Source: Candidatus Liptonbacteria bacterium RIFCSPLOWO2_01_FULL_56_20
GTDB taxonomy: Bacteria; Patescibacteriota; Minisyncoccia; UBA6257; 2-01-FULL-56-20
NCBI GenBank assembly: GCA_001818655.1
Contig: MHLC01000022.1
Span: 2,319-34,761, forward strand
Reading direction: 5' to 3'
Length of the DNA: 32,443 nt
In this document: positions 17,796-25,858 of the stretch, in pieces
Layout of the letters: every line of letters starts with the position of its first letter
Position numbering within the stretch: position 1 is the stretch's first letter
Notes under the pieces: model-generated
Told to the model about the DNA's origin: nothing
The model's database searches: none
Seen by the model: only the letters and a program-made list of their open reading frames with translations
Position numbers and translations under genes: made by a program

Positions 17796-18047
17796 GCCCC
17801 GGTAGCTCAGTCTGGTAGAGCAGCTCCCTTTAGGCTTACGCCTCACGGGTTCGCTCATCGAAAATACAAACAGTCTTAATTGTCCGCTTGGTGCCCCCTT
17901 AGCTCAGTCTGGTAGAGCAGCTCCCTTTTAAGGAGACGGTCGTAGGTTCAAATCCTACAGGGGGCACCAAGCGGGGGATATGTTTGTATTCTTTCTTCGC
18001 TGCCCGTGATAAGGAGATGGTCCTAGGTTCGAATCCTAGCCGGGGCA
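17796..18047 (+). tRNA. Outer split tRNA-Lys(TTT)-like gene: 5' part 17796-17831, 3' part 18010-18047, with a 178-nt intervening hairpin containing another tRNA-Lys
   Basis: Acceptor GCCCCGG/CCGGGGC+A; D arm GCTC-AGTCTGGTA-GAGC; GCTCC-CTTT|TAA-GGAGA; CTAGG-TTCGAAT-CCTAG; no encoded CCA. Confidence 0.85.
17893..17969 (+). tRNA. tRNA-Lys(TTT), intact, nested inside the outer tRNA-Lys
   Basis: GCCCCCT/AGGGGGC acceptor; loop CTTTTAA (TTT at 17927-17929); GTAGG-TTCAAAT-CCTAC; encoded CCA. Confidence 0.96.
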
Positions 18048-18091
18048 CAAAGGCGAAGTTTGCTTATTCGTTTTCGTCTCACTGCCATTAC

Positions 18092-18160
18092 TAAGCAGAT
18101 GGTCCCAGGTTCTCGTGCCGGAGGCAGATCCGCCTCCGGCGGAAAATCCTGGCCGGGGGA
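18092..18160 (+). pseudogene. Extra tRNA-Lys 3' half with a palindromic element inserted in the T loop
   Basis: TAA-GCAGA-TGGTC-CCAGG-TTC[insert]AAAT-CCTGG-CCGGGGG-A, compared with the outer 3' part TAA-GGAGA-TGGTC-CTAGG-TTCGAAT-CCTAG-CCGGGGC-A. Confidence 0.8.
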
Positions 18161-18209
18161 CAAAAGTGTTCTTGCCAAAATCCTCAAAAATCTGTTAGGA
18201 TAAGTCGCG

Positions 18210-19451
18210 ATGCGGAATCAGCAAGCTTTGTTTCTCGCGCTCATTGCGCTCACCGCGGTTGCCGCCGCGTTTTTCGTGTATCCAGGGTCGCCTTTCGGCA
18301 AATGGCAGCCGTGGCGGCTGGGACTTGACCTTGTGGGCGGGAGCCACCTCGTGTACGGCGTGGATCTTTCGAAAGTCGCGTCTGGAGACCAGGATTCTGT
18401 CTTAAACGGCCTTCGCGACGTGATCGAGCGCCGCGTGAACCTTTTCGGCGTTTCCGAGCCGCAGGTCTATGTCGCGAAATCTGCGGGCGAGTCCCAGCTT
18501 GTCGTAGAGCTCGCGGGCGTCTCTAACATTAGAGACGCCATCCGGCAGATCGGCGAGACCCCGCTCTTGGATTTCCGGGAAGTGGAGCAGGTCGGCTCGA
18601 GCACTATTTTCAACCCCACGAATCTCACGGGCCGCTATATCACAAAAGCAGAACTCACGTTCAATGAGACCACGCAGGCCCCGCAGGTCGCGATCTCTTT
18701 CAATACCGAAGGCGCCGGCATTTTTGAGCGGATGACCGAGGCGAACGTGGGCAAGCCGCTCGCCATATTCCTGGATAATGTGCCGATCGAGATCCCGGTC
18801 GTGCAGGAGAAGATATCGGGCGGCCAGGCAGTCATCAGCGGCAAGTTCACGTTTGACGAGGCGAAACAGCTCGTGGAGCGCTTCAACGCCGGAGCCCTGC
18901 CCGCCCCTATCACGCTTATTGACCAGCTCACTGTTGACCCGAGCTTGGGCGCGGACTCGCTTCGGAAAGCGATACTCGCTGGCGCAATCGGTACGCTTCT
19001 CGTCGTGATATTTATGATCGGCTACTACGGGACATTCGGCGTGTTCGCGTCGCTCGCGCTCGCGATCTATATTTTTCTCACGCTCGGCGTGTTCAAGATC
19101 ATCCCGATCACCTTGAGCTTGGCCGGGCTCGCGGGATTCATCCTCACGATCGGCATGGCGGTTGACGCGAATATCCTTATTTTCGAACGCGTGAAAGAAG
19201 AAACTAAAAAAGGCCTCTCTAAGGTCGCGGCGATACAGGAAGGGTTCCGCAGGGCGTGGCCGTCCATCCGCGATTCGAACACTTCAACCATTATCACCGC
19301 GGTCATCCTGTATTTTTTCACATCGAGCTTTGTCAAAGGGTTTGCGCTCACGCTCTTGGTCGGCGTCCTCGTGAGCATGTTTTCCGCGATCACCACCACG
19401 CGGCTTTTCCTCCGCGTATTTGTCCGCGACCCCACTCGTCCCAACCCCTAA
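18210..19451 (+). CDS. secD: Protein translocase subunit SecD
   Basis: LGLDLVGG; RRVNLFGVSEP; IGMAVDANILIFERVKEE; SIRDSN; VKGFALTL. Confidence 0.96.
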   Translation: MRNQQALFLALIALTAVAAAFFVYPGSPFGKWQPWRLGLDLVGGSHLVYGVDLSKVASGDQDSVLNGLRDVIERRVNLFGVSEPQVYVAKSAGESQLVVELAGVSNIRDAIRQIGETPLLDFREVEQVGSSTIFNPTNLTGRYITKAELTFNETTQAPQVAISFNTEGAGIFERMTEANVGKPLAIFLDNVPIEIPVVQEKISGGQAVISGKFTFDEAKQLVERFNAGALPAPITLIDQLTVDPSLGADSLRKAILAGAIGTLLVVIFMIGYYGTFGVFASLALAIYIFLTLGVFKIIPITLSLAGLAGFILTIGMAVDANILIFERVKEETKKGLSKVAAIQEGFRRAWPSIRDSNTSTIITAVILYFFTSSFVKGFALTLLVGVLVSMFSAITTTRLFLRVFVRDPTRPNP

Positions 19452-19485
19452 TTCCTAACTACTAACTCCTAACTCCTATCTCCTA
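19444..19485 (-). repeat. TAG heptamer array (minus orientation) between secD and secF
   Basis: Plus strand reads ACCCCTA ATTCCTA ACTACTA ACTCCTA ACTCCTA TCTCCTA. Confidence 0.8.
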
Positions 19486-19490
19486 TCCTT

Positions 19491-20396
19491 ATGAACATCG
19501 TCGGACATAAAAAAATATTCCTTACGATCTCTGTAGCGCTTATCGCGGCCGCGGTCATCGTGATAGTCGCGTTCGGGTTCCGCGCCGGCATTGATTTTAA
19601 CGGCGGAACGCTGTGGAGATTCGCTATTTCCGGAAGCGAGCCAAGCATGCAGGACCTTGAAGCGACGTTCACCAGCGACCTCGGGGTCTCTGAAGTGCGC
19701 GTGAACTACGATTCCGGCCGCGGCAACTTTCTTGCTCGGCTTCCCGCGATAACCGAGCAGGACCACCAGAAGTTTCTGGATCTCCTGACGGGCAAGTACC
19801 CCGCGTTTTCCGAATTGAGCTTTCAGTCCATCGGCCCTTCGGTCGGCGCGGAGCTCAAGCGTCGGTCGCTCATCGCGATAGGCCTTGTGCTCGTCGGGAT
19901 CTCGCTCTACATCGCGTTCGCGTTCCGGAAAGTGTACCGGCCGGTGAGTTCGTGGAAATACGGATGGGTGACGCTCGCATCGCTCCTTCACGACGTGCTG
20001 ATCCCGGCCGGGCTCCTCGCGATTCTCGGCCGCTTCGCGCGCGTGGAGATTGACACGAACTTCGTGGTAGCCCTCCTGGTCATTGCGGGTTTTTCCGTGC
20101 ACGACACGATCGTGGTGTTCGATCGCATCCGCGAAAATCTCTTTCTGGATCGCGGGAAGACCGGGTTCGGCGAGATAGTGAATCAGAGCATCAACCAGAC
20201 GCTCGCGCGGTCCATAAACACCTCGCTCACGCTCATCCTCGTGCTTCTCGCGCTCTATTTCACCGGCCCGGCCAACCTCCATTACTTCGTGCTCACCCTG
20301 CTTGTGGGCGTGACGACAGGGATCTACTCGTCCATTTTTATGGCGAGCCCGCTTCTCTTGGTATGGCAGCAGTGGAGCGCGCGGCGGGGGAAGTAA
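19491..20396 (+). CDS. secF: Protein translocase subunit SecF
   Basis: GIDFNGG; SIGPSVGAEL; LLHDV; GFSVHDTIVVFDRIRENL; TLARSINTS. Confidence 0.96.
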   Translation: MNIVGHKKIFLTISVALIAAAVIVIVAFGFRAGIDFNGGTLWRFAISGSEPSMQDLEATFTSDLGVSEVRVNYDSGRGNFLARLPAITEQDHQKFLDLLTGKYPAFSELSFQSIGPSVGAELKRRSLIAIGLVLVGISLYIAFAFRKVYRPVSSWKYGWVTLASLLHDVLIPAGLLAILGRFARVEIDTNFVVALLVIAGFSVHDTIVVFDRIRENLFLDRGKTGFGEIVNQSINQTLARSINTSLTLILVLLALYFTGPANLHYFVLTLLVGVTTGIYSSIFMASPLLLVWQQWSARRGK

Positions 20397-20403
20397 TCCA
20401 CAC

Positions 20404-20432
20404 TTGACTGATTCCGGGGCATACTTTATAAT
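20404..20432 (+). promoter_or_regulatory. sigma70 promoter
   Basis: TTGACT-17 bp-TATAAT, 12 nt before ATG 20445. Confidence 0.7.
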
Positions 20433-20444
20433 TACCATACCAGC

Positions 20445-21476
20445 ATGATTGCCGTAACCAAGATATTCAATGCGTTTTGGGATGGCCTGGGAGACCGCGA
20501 AAAAGAGATCATCGTGGCGCGTTTTGGTCTCGATAAATCAGGGCGCATGCAGACCCTGGCGGCGCTCGGCGACCGATACGGCATTACCCGGGAGCGGGTG
20601 CGTCAGATAGAGGCCGCGGCTTTGAGCGCGCTTCGCGGGAAGATCTCGGAAAGCGCCGCGTGCACCGAGATATTGGAGAAAAGCAAGCGCTTCCTTAAAG
20701 AGAGCGGCGGCGCGGCAAAGAAAGAGAACCTCTTCCAGCACCATCGGACGTTCGCCGAAGGACTCGGAGAGAATCAGCTCGCGGTGCTGCTTGAGGCGTC
20801 CGGCGCGTTCTCGCTGTATCCGGAGGACAAGGATTTTTGGCCGTTCTATTATACGGACAAAGCAAGCCTGCGGAACGCAACGGCATTCCTCGGCCAGTGG
20901 GCGTCGTTCCTCGGGAGCAAGAGAGACCATGTGCTCTCCGGCCGCTACGGGGAATATTTGGAAAGTTTCCTCAAGCGGAAGGGGACGTCCAGGGCGCACG
21001 CCGCGAACTACTTGAGCATTTCAAAAAAGATCCATAAGAATCCGTACGGCGACATCGGACTCACCGATTGGGCGGAGATCCGTCCGCGGACCATCCGCGA
21101 CCGCATCTATCTCGTTTTGAAGAAGCAGCGCGACCCGCTCCATTTCCGCGCCATCGCGCGCACCATCAACGACGTGGGGTTCGGCGGCCGGAAAGCGTCG
21201 CCGCCCACCGTGCACAACGAGCTCATCAAGGATGAGCGGTTCGTGCTGGTCGGCCGAGGCATCTATGCGCTCCGCGAGCACGGCTATGAGCCGGGGACCG
21301 CAAAAGAGGTGATCAAGCGCGTCCTCACGCGTGAGGGGCCTCTGAAGCCGCGCGACGTGATCCTCGCGGTGCAGAAGGAGCGGTTTTTCAAACCCAATAC
21401 CGTGCTCGTGAACCTTCAGAACAAAGCGTATTTCCAGCGGCTTCAGAACGGCACTTATCACGTGAGGGAAACGTAA
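20445..21476 (+). CDS. Sigma-70 region-4 HTH protein with C-terminal winged-helix (RNAP delta/HARE-HTH-like) domains
   Basis: REKEIIVARFGL..TLAALGDRYGITRERVRQIE; PLHFRAIA..TVHNELIKDERFVLVGRGIYAL. Confidence 0.8.
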   Translation: MIAVTKIFNAFWDGLGDREKEIIVARFGLDKSGRMQTLAALGDRYGITRERVRQIEAAALSALRGKISESAACTEILEKSKRFLKESGGAAKKENLFQHHRTFAEGLGENQLAVLLEASGAFSLYPEDKDFWPFYYTDKASLRNATAFLGQWASFLGSKRDHVLSGRYGEYLESFLKRKGTSRAHAANYLSISKKIHKNPYGDIGLTDWAEIRPRTIRDRIYLVLKKQRDPLHFRAIARTINDVGFGGRKASPPTVHNELIKDERFVLVGRGIYALREHGYEPGTAKEVIKRVLTREGPLKPRDVILAVQKERFFKPNTVLVNLQNKAYFQRLQNGTYHVRET

Positions 21477-21493
21477 CTACTGCGTGCAGGCCC

Positions 21494-22858
21494 ATGAATC
21501 TCGAGGTCGCGGCAGCCATTTCACCCTTTCTCCGTTTTCTCGCGCTGACCTGGTGGTTGTGGGCGTTTTTCATTTTATTTCCCATCGCGCGTTCGGCGTG
21601 GCTTGCCTGGCGCCAGTTTGATTACAAGCATTCAGGGGAGTTCAAGGGTTTGGTTCTTGAGCTGCGGATACCCCGCGAGATCCGGAAGAGCCCGCGGGCG
21701 ATGGAGCAGGTGCTTATGGCGCTTCACTCTCTCCGGAATGCGCCTGGCGACCTGCGGGAGCGGTGGTGGGACGGCGAAGTGACGAAATGGTTCTCGCTCG
21801 AGTTAGTGAGTATCGGCGGCGAGATACATTTTTATATCCGCCTTCCCTACCATAAGCAGCGGAACCTCGTGGAGGCCGCGTTTTTTTCGTACTACCCCGA
21901 CGTGGAGATCGAAGAAGTGGACGACTACGTTGACCGTTTTCCAGAGAACGTGAACGCGATGTATGCCAAGGGGTACGACATGTGGGGGACGGAGATGGTG
22001 CTCACGCGCGAGGCGGCGTTCCCCATAAAGACGTTCTACGCGTTCGAGTCGCCCGACGAAGAAAAGCAATACGACCCGATCTCGGCATTTTTGGAAGTTC
22101 TGGGGAAAGTGAGGACGGAAGAGGTCGTAGGCATCCAGATGCTCATCGCTCCATCGAACTTCGACTGGTACAAAAAGTGGTTTCCCTTCGTTGAGAAGCT
22201 GAAGCAAACGAAAGGCGCCGAAGAAGCGAGGAAATTGAAGCATGCGTGGGAATTCCCAGAAGGGCCTCTGCCGGTCATCAACCCAGTGAAGCCAGGGAAA
22301 GATGAGTTCGGGGCATTTAAATCGCTTATGCGCACGCCAGGAGAAACGGATATTTTGAAAGCGGTCGAGGGCAACCTCTCAAAGCCGGCGTTCGATACCT
22401 TGATCCGGTTCATCTATGTCTCGCCGAAGAAGATCTACTACGACAGCTTCGCGCGGAGAGGGCTCGTCGGCGCGTTCAAGCAGTATTCGGCGCTCAACCT
22501 GAACGACTTCCTTCAGAACTTCGCGATGAGCACAAGGACGAGGATCTGGAATTGGCCTCACGTCGCTCCCAAGACGCGGAACGAGTACCGGAAAGAGCGC
22601 CTGCTGCTGAATTACCGCACGCGCGAGGTGCCGGAAGAAACGTTCATGGGGAAACTGCTCACGTCGCATTTTTTCAACTGGAATTTCTCATCGCGCCGCT
22701 TCGAGATGAACGTAGAGTGCCTCGCCACGCTCTTTCATCCGCCGACCTTTATCGTCCTTACCGCGCCGCACATAAAGCGCGTGGAGAGCAGAAAGGCGGG
22801 TCCGCCGGCCGGACTCGCGATCTTCGGCGAAGAACGGGAAATAGAGAAATATCAATAA
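21494..22858 (+). CDS. Membrane-anchored hypothetical protein of a type associated with CPR secretion/HerA-like ATPases
   Basis: N-terminal TM; LELRIPRE..PRAMEQV..FSLELVS..IHFYIR; LATLFHPP; co-transcribed with the ATPase. Confidence 0.75.
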   Translation: MNLEVAAAISPFLRFLALTWWLWAFFILFPIARSAWLAWRQFDYKHSGEFKGLVLELRIPREIRKSPRAMEQVLMALHSLRNAPGDLRERWWDGEVTKWFSLELVSIGGEIHFYIRLPYHKQRNLVEAAFFSYYPDVEIEEVDDYVDRFPENVNAMYAKGYDMWGTEMVLTREAAFPIKTFYAFESPDEEKQYDPISAFLEVLGKVRTEEVVGIQMLIAPSNFDWYKKWFPFVEKLKQTKGAEEARKLKHAWEFPEGPLPVINPVKPGKDEFGAFKSLMRTPGETDILKAVEGNLSKPAFDTLIRFIYVSPKKIYYDSFARRGLVGAFKQYSALNLNDFLQNFAMSTRTRIWNWPHVAPKTRNEYRKERLLLNYRTREVPEETFMGKLLTSHFFNWNFSSRRFEMNVECLATLFHPPTFIVLTAPHIKRVESRKAGPPAGLAIFGEEREIEKYQ

Positions 22859-23359
22859 ATGTCCGCCCCATTCGACATCGGCCCCCTGCGCTCCCTGTTC
22901 GATATCGCGCGATTCATTTTCACCGCGGTGGATGTCGCGCTCATTGCGGTCTTCTTTTACGCGGTGTTCAGGGCCTTGCATTTCCGGCCGAAATTTTTAG
23001 CGGGAGGAAGGCCTTCAAAAAAAGTATTTACCCTTGGGGCAAAGCTCTATGAAGAGCGATGGGGGGCGATCATGCAGAAGTACGCTCAAGGGACGCCCGA
23101 GGGAATGCGCGTCGCGATCATTGAGGCCGACGCCCTGGTGGACGAGGCGTTGAAGCAGATGGGGCTGACCGGAGAACATATGGCAGACCGCCTCGCGCGG
23201 ATTCAGCCAGATGAGGTGACCACCCTCGAACGGCTCTGGAGGGCGCATCGGCTCCGGAACGACCTCGTGCATACCGCCGGGTTCCGCATCTCGCCGCAGG
23301 ACGCGAAGAACACGCTTGAGGATTACGAGGCCTTCCTCAAGGAAATAGAAGCGTTCTGA
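22859..23359 (+). CDS. Membrane-anchored hypothetical protein
   Basis: TM segment followed by AIIEADALVDEAL..GEHMADRL..WRAHRLRNDLVH, an RxxxxH HEPN-like motif. Confidence 0.75.
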   Translation: MSAPFDIGPLRSLFDIARFIFTAVDVALIAVFFYAVFRALHFRPKFLAGGRPSKKVFTLGAKLYEERWGAIMQKYAQGTPEGMRVAIIEADALVDEALKQMGLTGEHMADRLARIQPDEVTTLERLWRAHRLRNDLVHTAGFRISPQDAKNTLEDYEAFLKEIEAF

Positions 23360-23367
23360 CACACGCC

Positions 23368-24810
23368 ATGCCCAAAGCAGGGAAGATACAGATAATCAAA
23401 TACGCGCCGCCGCCGCCGGAACTCCCGGTCTACGGGCAGGTGAATCCGAGCCAGGCGTCGTTTTTCGGCCGCACGAATTACGTGGCCTCGCTCGAGGAGA
23501 AAAAATTCATTTTCGGCATCAAGCGGGCCGACCGCCGCCGCCATCTCTATATGGTGGGGAAGAGCGGCGTCGGCAAATCAAAACTTCTCGAGCTCCTGAT
23601 TCGGCAGGATATCGCGTACGGATACGGGCTCTGCCTCATTGACCCTCACGGAGACGTGATAGAGGCGATACTGGATTTCGTGCCAGAGAACCGCATCGGG
23701 GACGTCGTCGTCATTGATCCGAGCGACCGCGAATACCCCGCTTTGTTCAACCCGCTCGCGAACGTTGACCCGGGTTTCAAGCACCAGCTCGCCCAGGGGC
23801 TGATCGAGGTGATGGAGAAGCAGTTCGGCGCGAACTGGACGCCCCGCCTGGAGCACGTATTCCGCTTCACCGTGCTCGCTCTCCTGGATTACCCGCACGC
23901 CACCATGCGCGGCATGATCTCCATGCTCACCGACCGCAATTACCGGCAAAAAGTGGTGGAGTATATAGAGGACGACATGGTGAAGCGCTTTTGGGCGATC
24001 GAATTCGCGGACTGGTCGGAGAAGTTTGATACCGACGCCATCATCCCGCTCGTGAACAAGCTCGGCCAGTTCCTCTCGGACCCGCTCCTCCGGAACATTT
24101 TCGGGCAGAAAGAGAACAAAATAGACCTTGATAAGCTGATGAGCGAGAAAAAGATCATCTTCATCAACCTCTGCAAGGGCCGATTAGGCGAGGAAAACTC
24201 GAGCTTTTTGGGTTCTATGTTCATCACGAAGATCAAGCAAGCTGGGATGGCGCGCGCCGCGCTCCCGGAATCAGAGCGCCGCGATTTCTATCTCTACGTT
24301 GACGAGTTCCACAACCTCGTGACCGAGACGTTCGAGAATATCCTCTCCGAGGCGCGGAAGTACGGATTGTGCCTCACGATCGCGCACCAGTATATGGGTC
24401 AGCTCATCCCGCGCGTGCAGGCGGCGGTCTTGGGGAACGTGGGGAGCATCATTATTTTCCGGGTCGGCGGGGAGGACGCGGTGAAGCTGAAGCCGGAAAT
24501 GGCTCCCATATTCGACACGAAAGACATGATCAACCTCGGGATGCAGGAGTTCTATATCAAGATGACCATTGACGGAGAGACCTATGACCCGTTTTCCGCA
24601 GAGACCCTTAAGGTATTGCCCTCGCCCAACCGTTCTCTGAAGAAAGAGATCGTGAAGCAGTCGCGGGATAGATACACCATCCCCGCGGATGCGGCCAAGA
24701 AGCTCATCGCCGGAGAAGAGGCAACGATCTTTCGGAGCGCGCAGGAAAAAGCGATCATTGAAGGGAAGAAAGGCGAGGCAAAAGAAGAAAATATCGAGCC
24801 GCTCATATGA
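23368..24810 (+). CDS. HerA/VirB4/TraD-like P-loop ATPase (type IV coupling protein-like)
   Basis: DRRRHLYMVGKSGVGKS Walker A; IDPHGD; LYVDEFHN Walker B; SEARKYGL..AHQY. Confidence 0.88.
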   Translation: MPKAGKIQIIKYAPPPPELPVYGQVNPSQASFFGRTNYVASLEEKKFIFGIKRADRRRHLYMVGKSGVGKSKLLELLIRQDIAYGYGLCLIDPHGDVIEAILDFVPENRIGDVVVIDPSDREYPALFNPLANVDPGFKHQLAQGLIEVMEKQFGANWTPRLEHVFRFTVLALLDYPHATMRGMISMLTDRNYRQKVVEYIEDDMVKRFWAIEFADWSEKFDTDAIIPLVNKLGQFLSDPLLRNIFGQKENKIDLDKLMSEKKIIFINLCKGRLGEENSSFLGSMFITKIKQAGMARAALPESERRDFYLYVDEFHNLVTETFENILSEARKYGLCLTIAHQYMGQLIPRVQAAVLGNVGSIIIFRVGGEDAVKLKPEMAPIFDTKDMINLGMQEFYIKMTIDGETYDPFSAETLKVLPSPNRSLKKEIVKQSRDRYTIPADAAKKLIAGEEATIFRSAQEKAIIEGKKGEAKEENIEPLI

Positions 24811-24881
24811 TAGTGAGTAGCGAGTAGGAAGTAGCGAGTAGAGTGAATCGAGAGCGCAGGTAGGCAGTAGAGAGTAGGGGG
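24811..24881 (+). repeat. TAGNNAG heptamer array
   Basis: TAGTGAG TAGCGAG TAGGAAG TAGCGAG TAGAGTG ... TAGGCAG TAGAGAG TAGGGGG, directly after the ATPase stop. Confidence 0.8.
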
Positions 24882-24977
24882 CAGGAGCGAGATCACGGGA
24901 GCGGAGACAGAGACGTAAGATGACAGAGGCGGCCCAAGGCGCTATACTGCCGGTAAAGGTCGGATTTTCCTATTATT

Positions 24978-25283
24978 ATGGTATTCCTTTATATTACGTG
25001 CCCCACGCTTGAGGAGGCGAAAAAGATCAGCCACGAGCTCATCCGCCAGAAAGTGGCAGGATGCGTGAACATCGCTCCCATCCAATCCATTTACCGGGAC
25101 AACGAGGGAGCGAAAGAAGTGAGCGAATTTTCGCTGTTCGTGAAGACAATCGACTCGAAAGTCCAGGAAGTTGAAGACGTGGCGCGCGGCATCCACAGCT
25201 ACAAGGTGCCTTGCATCGCTACGTTTTCGCTCCACCGCCTGAATCGCGAGTACAAAGAATGGCTCGCGACCGCGATGGCGTGA
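24978..25283 (+). CDS. cutA: Divalent-cation tolerance protein CutA
   Basis: YITCPTLEEAKKI..AGCVNIAPIQSIY..HSYKVPCI. Confidence 0.9.
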   Translation: MVFLYITCPTLEEAKKISHELIRQKVAGCVNIAPIQSIYRDNEGAKEVSEFSLFVKTIDSKVQEVEDVARGIHSYKVPCIATFSLHRLNREYKEWLATAMA

Positions 25284-25310
25284 GATGAAGAAAGGGGACG
25301 AGGGAGTAGG

Positions 25311-25793
25311 TTAGAGCAGGTCGCGGCTGGAGTGAGCGGGCGAAGCGAAGTGAGCGAGTATGCCCACCGTGGTCCCCAGGATCAAGGAGAGAAGGATTTC
25401 GTTATAGGTGCGGATGAAAAGGTAGTGGAGCAGCGCGTAGAACGTGATGAACGTAACGATCATGGCGATCCAGCCGCTTAATTTCGAGGAGGTAACGTTT
25501 TTTACTCCGGCCAGAACAGAGAATCCGATCACTGCTCCGGCGAGCGCGAGCCCGAGGCTGAATCCCTGGAATATCTTGTTATGCGGGAACCCGACCTGGA
25601 GAAATACGCTCACCTGATAGATCAGCACGACCACAAAGAGCATGAACCCAGCCCAAAACCCCGCGCTTTTCACGTCGCCCTTCTTTTTCGCGAGGGATTT
25701 TGTGAAACCGAGCACAAACAGCAAAATGAGCGGGACAAGTATCCAGATCACGAAATCAAATGCCGACTTCAAGAGATTTTCCGCTTCGTTCAT
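25311..25793 (-). CDS. Membrane protein (about 5 TM segments)
   Basis: Repeated hydrophobic segments. Confidence 0.75.
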   Translation of the reverse strand: MNEAENLLKSAFDFVIWILVPLILLFVLGFTKSLAKKKGDVKSAGFWAGFMLFVVVLIYQVSVFLQVGFPHNKIFQGFSLGLALAGAVIGFSVLAGVKNVTSSKLSGWIAMIVTFITFYALLHYLFIRTYNEILLSLILGTTVGILAHFASPAHSSRDLL

Positions 25794-25858
25794 AGCGCTA
25801 ATGAGTATCGTTATTCTATCATAATAACCGCAAAACGCCCACTGTTGAACTTACCGCC

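Noticed and set aside
17832-18009. Group I/II intron or archaeal BHB intron as the explanation for the tRNA inserts (also 3138-3244)
   Set aside because: Once the inner tRNA is removed only about 100 nt and 32 nt remain, mostly simple paired arms. I see no catalytic core and no bulge-helix-bulge pairing with the anticodon.
19476-20438. Long antisense ORFs, e.g. 320 aa opposite secF and those opposite dnaK, dnaB and recR
   Set aside because: Expected shadows of GC-rich coding sequence, with no recognisable motifs.
23368-24810. Conjugative element or ICE
   Set aside because: No relaxase, integrase or mating-pair genes; the ATPase sits among housekeeping genes.
24811-24881. CRISPR array
   Set aside because: The units are 7-mers with no spacers, and there are no cas genes.
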